This document shows positions 60,241-64,000 of a stretch of DNA of 64,000 bases, one piece after another (positions within the stretch are counted from its first letter, which is position 1; each line of letters begins with the position of its first letter). Where the stretch lies: assembly GCA_950097015.1 (NCBI GenBank), contig CATNEN010000001.1:7440001-7504000 (forward strand). Direction: 5' to 3'. Below the pieces are notes generated by a model. That model saw only the letters and a program-made list of their open reading frames with translations, had not been told where the DNA came from and did no database searches. The position numbers and the translations under genes were made by a program. Source of the stretch: Macrostomum hystrix. Its lineage: Eukaryota; Animalia; Platyhelminthes.

Positions 60241-62444
60241 ACTGATGACATGCTATTTGTAGGTGATAGCGTGCAGTCGCATTTAAGGAGCTGTTATGTT
60301 TTCAGATGCAACTTTTTAAACCAAAAGTTGTACAATTATACATGGCTGCTTTTACTTTACACTAGAACCTACTAACCGACTCTTTAATGTTTAATACTCT
60401 AACTAAATTAATCATAGTTTCAAAGCAAGAGAGACAAAAACAACAGTTATTTTATTTTATATCAAGCCAGCTTTTTATCTGGATATCAATATGAAAACAA
60501 AAGTTAAAAATACATTACACAGAACAAATATGTAATCATAGGCTCATATCAGTTTTGGCTTAAGCTTAGCCTTAATTGCAACCTACAGTACTTAGACCCT
60601 GTTTGTACTTTAGGTCAAGTAATAGTCTAGAAACTTTTATTGTTAGGTGCATCATGAAAAGTGTCTTGCTTTTGATTTGTCATGGTGTACCATATTGGAT
60701 AGAAAGATGCTTAAAACTATTGTAAGAGAAAACAGTTTCCCATGTCTTGTGAGAGTGGTAAGAATGGTAAGCTTTTTTTAAGCTGCTACCTTTAAAAAAT
60801 TATAAGCTCTTTAATTCAAATAAGCAAAATAATCTCAAAATAGCTTACCCTTAATTAAAAAATAGTATTTTTTCAAAGAAAACCGTTCAACAAAAATGCC
60901 AGCAAAAGTATTGAATAGTAAGAGATGCTTTCATGACACTAATGCTCTCTTGCTGTAGTAAAATATTCTGCTGTAGACAATAAAACTAATAAAATGCATA
61001 ATTTTGTGTTTCATACAGAGCAAAAGCTGTTATTGTGCCTCAGCTAGTCGCTATAATAACTATAAAATTATTAATTATAAATTAGGAGCCGAGGCTACAC
61101 AGAATTATGAAGAAGTTATAAGCATATAGGAAGTAAATAGTATAGAATTCTATAGGAGCATTGGCTCCAAGCTGTAACACACAATTTCCACGTGCCACGA
61201 CTTTCTTAGAAAAGAAATAAATTGAATTGCTATATCGCGACACACACAAACCTACTTAAACACTGCTTGTTGAAAAGAAGAAGCTGCATATTAAACTTCC
61301 ATAAACAATTTATGTAAAGGTTTCAAAACCATAAATTAGTAGCCATGAAAAGAGGTATAATATATATTACGGTGTCTATATTTAAAATTAGGATTTAGAA
61401 CGAACATGACCTCGCGCGGCGCATCGGGAGCTGGCTGAGTCTGACCATCCGGGTATTAAAGGCCTGGCTATTCGAGTCGTTTAGGCCTACTGCTGAACAA
61501 AACATGTTATGATTTCGGTTGTTCTAAGAATCTAAGTCTCGTTAAACTTGAGTTTCCAGCAGACGAAAAGTTTAACGCAAAATAGTTTGTTCGTCTGCCT
61601 AGCAGACGAAAAGAGTGGCAGACGAAAAGAGTGGCACCCGGTATGATCACTGTAGGCCTATCAATAGCAATTTACATTTTGGCCATTTCGGGTATAATTA
61701 AAAATCCGATTCTCATAACTTATGTCCCATAGTAATGCTTATTTTTTTCATTCTTTAAAAAAACTTTAGTTAAGTTTTACTTTCAAATGAGATAGGGCCT
61801 AATTTCGATAGGCCTAAACCAATTTAAACTTAAACAACGGGTCCATTATCACATACACAGTTGCCTTTGGCCTACACAGATTCACAGTAATACATACATT
61901 ACTTATGACTTACGAGTTACACAACATGACAGTTAACAAAAAGTTGGCCTCTGCTAGCACAACTGCCCTCAACTGGCAGCTTTACTTTTGTTTTCGGCTT
62001 GTGTCTAACCCAAATTTCAATCTAAAGTAGTATGCAAGAGGGGGCTTCTAGGACAAAAATAATCGCAGCCTCCATTATCCACAAACCATTACTTTTATTA
62101 TTCCCGAAGAGATCAGGAAAAAAAGGGTCCCCGCCCCTCTAAAAACTCCGTCTCCATATTCTAAATTCTCTACTTTTAATATCCCACATCAGTTTGTAAG
62201 TTGAATATCTAGGACAAAAAATTATCGCAGCCTCCTTATTGCACAAACCATTACCTTTCCTGAAGGAACAAGGTTCCCCCGCCAAAAAAAAAATACTTTC
62301 CAGTTTCTGAACTTGGACAAAACAAATTATCGCAGCCACTCCCTAAGAGATCATGCACAAAATAGCGAAGCTGCAAAAAGCGTGCCAAGACAATCAAATT
62401 AGCACTAAAATCCCATTCCCCAAACTCAAGACCCCAAACCTAGG

Positions 62445-62720
62445 GTGCTCATCCTCCGAAAAAAAATTATATTCTCATTAAAAATGCTCCCAATCGTCTC
62501 TCCAGGATCTTATTACAAAAGTCATGAGCCTAATTACAAGAGTAAGTACCAATGCAAACGAGAATGCAGCGAGTACATGAAGAAATATTGTCCCAACGTC
62601 GATATCAATGTCCCTAATATTAATCTAGCTCTCCAAAGTCACTGGTTTCATAAGTATGGAGCAATTATAAAGGACTACGACAGCTACTATAACTTTGCAG
62701 AAATCATTAAGCAGCTATAG
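62445..62720 (+). CDS. Small Tyr/Lys-rich ORF, possibly the intact end of a decayed TE/viral gene
   Basis: Open frame in an A/C-skewed segment, upstream part interrupted by stops; no homology recognised. Confidence 0.3.
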   Translation: MLILRKKIIFSLKMLPIVSPGSYYKSHEPNYKSKYQCKRECSEYMKKYCPNVDINVPNINLALQSHWFHKYGAIIKDYDSYYNFAEIIKQL

Positions 62721-63014
62721 AACACGCTGCATTAAAATCGATATTTTACGTACGAGCGTTTGATATTTTGCTGTGTGGCGGGTGGATGTTGAGCGGAATG
62801 TGTAAGGCAGCTGTTTCTTGTCTTAGTTCACAGCGCGAGCGGTGTTGGTAGTCACTCCCAGTTGGCTCCACCCCCCCCCCCCCCCAATACGCTCAAACGT
62901 GAGCTCAACGTCAGCTCTTAAAACAAACGTGAGCTCAGCCCGCCCTTTTCGCCGCCTCTTCCTAAAGTTATTTTACACTTCTCAACCGAAACCGTAATAG
63001 CTTCTACTTCATCT

Positions 63015-63680
63015 ATGGATGTCGATTGGTGTATAAACCTGTCTGGCGAAACAGTGCAACGGAGCCTATGTGAGGTCTTATCTGAGACTTTAGCAGAAAT
63101 CAAGGATCCAGTTAGAGCTGCGCAGAAACGACAAAAGATCGCCGCATTTTTCAAGCTCAACGAAGAGTCGCTGCAAATGGAAGTCCTCACTCTAACGCGG
63201 CTGCAGAAGAAGGCCGCGAGTGATCGCGTGGCGGCGCTTGATGCAGAGCGGCGAGCTAAGCGCAAAGAAGACTTCAAACAGAAGCTCCTCGCTTCACGAA
63301 TTCCCCAAGCAGATGTTGGGAAACCTGCCGATGATGAAAGCGGTGATGTGGTAGAGCGTCTGCAGTGCGCTCTGTTTCGTCTGAGAAGGTCGCAGAAGAC
63401 TGGTCTGCATCATGCGATCCAATGTGGAAAACTCTTGTTGACATTTAAAGCCAGTAATAAAAACAGCGGTAAGAAGGCACGAAAGCAGCATTTTGACTAC
63501 CTTCTTGATCAAGTAAACCTCAAGGTTTCGTCAGCAAATCTTTATATGAAGTTGTTCAAGCTGGAAAGTGAATACCCTGGTCTTAGGCAAGTCTCCCTGC
63601 CGCTTCGTGATTTGAACACCAATATGTCAATATTAGTTGAAATCCTTGAGGATGATCAGTTATGGAAGCAACTTGTTTGA
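63015..63680 (+). CDS. Intronless 221-aa helical protein with a DUF3102-like C-terminal pattern
   Basis: ATG-initiated ORF; coiled-coil middle; AIQCGKLL..K...F.YL.....SSANLYMKLF resembles the DUF3102-type helical motif (recognised by eye only). Confidence 0.55.
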   Translation: MDVDWCINLSGETVQRSLCEVLSETLAEIKDPVRAAQKRQKIAAFFKLNEESLQMEVLTLTRLQKKAASDRVAALDAERRAKRKEDFKQKLLASRIPQADVGKPADDESGDVVERLQCALFRLRRSQKTGLHHAIQCGKLLLTFKASNKNSGKKARKQHFDYLLDQVNLKVSSANLYMKLFKLESEYPGLRQVSLPLRDLNTNMSILVEILEDDQLWKQLV

Positions 63681-63702
63681 CAATAGGCGCAGAAACTCTA
63701 GC

Positions 63703-63950
63703 CTGCTTCGGATTGGCCAGAAAAAGTTAACGCGTTGGCTTTTTTTTCCTATTGCAACTTTTTTTAGAAAGCTCTAGTATGCTTCGGATTGGCCAGAAAA
63801 TGTTAACGCGTTGGCATTTTTCCCTATTGCAGAACAAAAAAAAAGAGAAATAGTTGTAGTAAGTGTATTACGTAAAATATTTTTGTGGTATATTGACGCT
63901 TCCTATTAGTCAGAAAAGGCTAATATGCTATTTACCCTATTTCCTGAATA
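63703..63950. repeat. ~77-bp spaced direct repeat (2 copies plus 1 degenerate)
   Basis: gcttcggattggccagaaaa.gttaacgcgttggc.ttttt..cctattgca at ~63705 and ~63781. Confidence 0.8.
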
Positions 63951-64000
63951 AAGTGACAGACGCAATTAAAAAATCTGCTTTCCTATATCTGAGTAGTATG

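Overview
Eukaryotic (metazoan) genomic DNA, probably from a flatworm such as Macrostomum. That assignment is inferred from the SINE and minisatellite landscape, short GT-AG introns and an 'RNxW'-type orphan GPCR. Two spliced minus-strand genes can be rebuilt by hand: a 14-exon, 716-aa SLC5A3/SMIT-like sodium:solute symporter (22267-31864) and a TRAK/Milton kinesin-mitochondria adaptor (43933-58543). The window also holds a rhodopsin-class GPCR (16051-17205), two orphan two-TM proteins, a long disordered ORF and a compact virus/TE-like ORF cassette at 62-63.9 kb. The rest is a dense mobile-element landscape: three tRNA-derived SINE families nested in one another, three solo LTRs, a non-autonomous Helitron with a PIF1 fragment, an internally deleted mariner hit by an 8-bp-TSD TIR element, hAT MITEs and a Crypton-like tyrosine-recombinase remnant. 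About 17 locally unique tandem arrays are present. The most notable observations are a 34-bp array that has amplified a gene's 5' splice site about 14 times, a structured 3' RNA domain shared with compensatory changes between two SINE families, a candidate NAGNAG microexon switch in TRAK, and strand-biased intronic arrays. No CRISPR array, rRNA or genuine tRNA gene was found.
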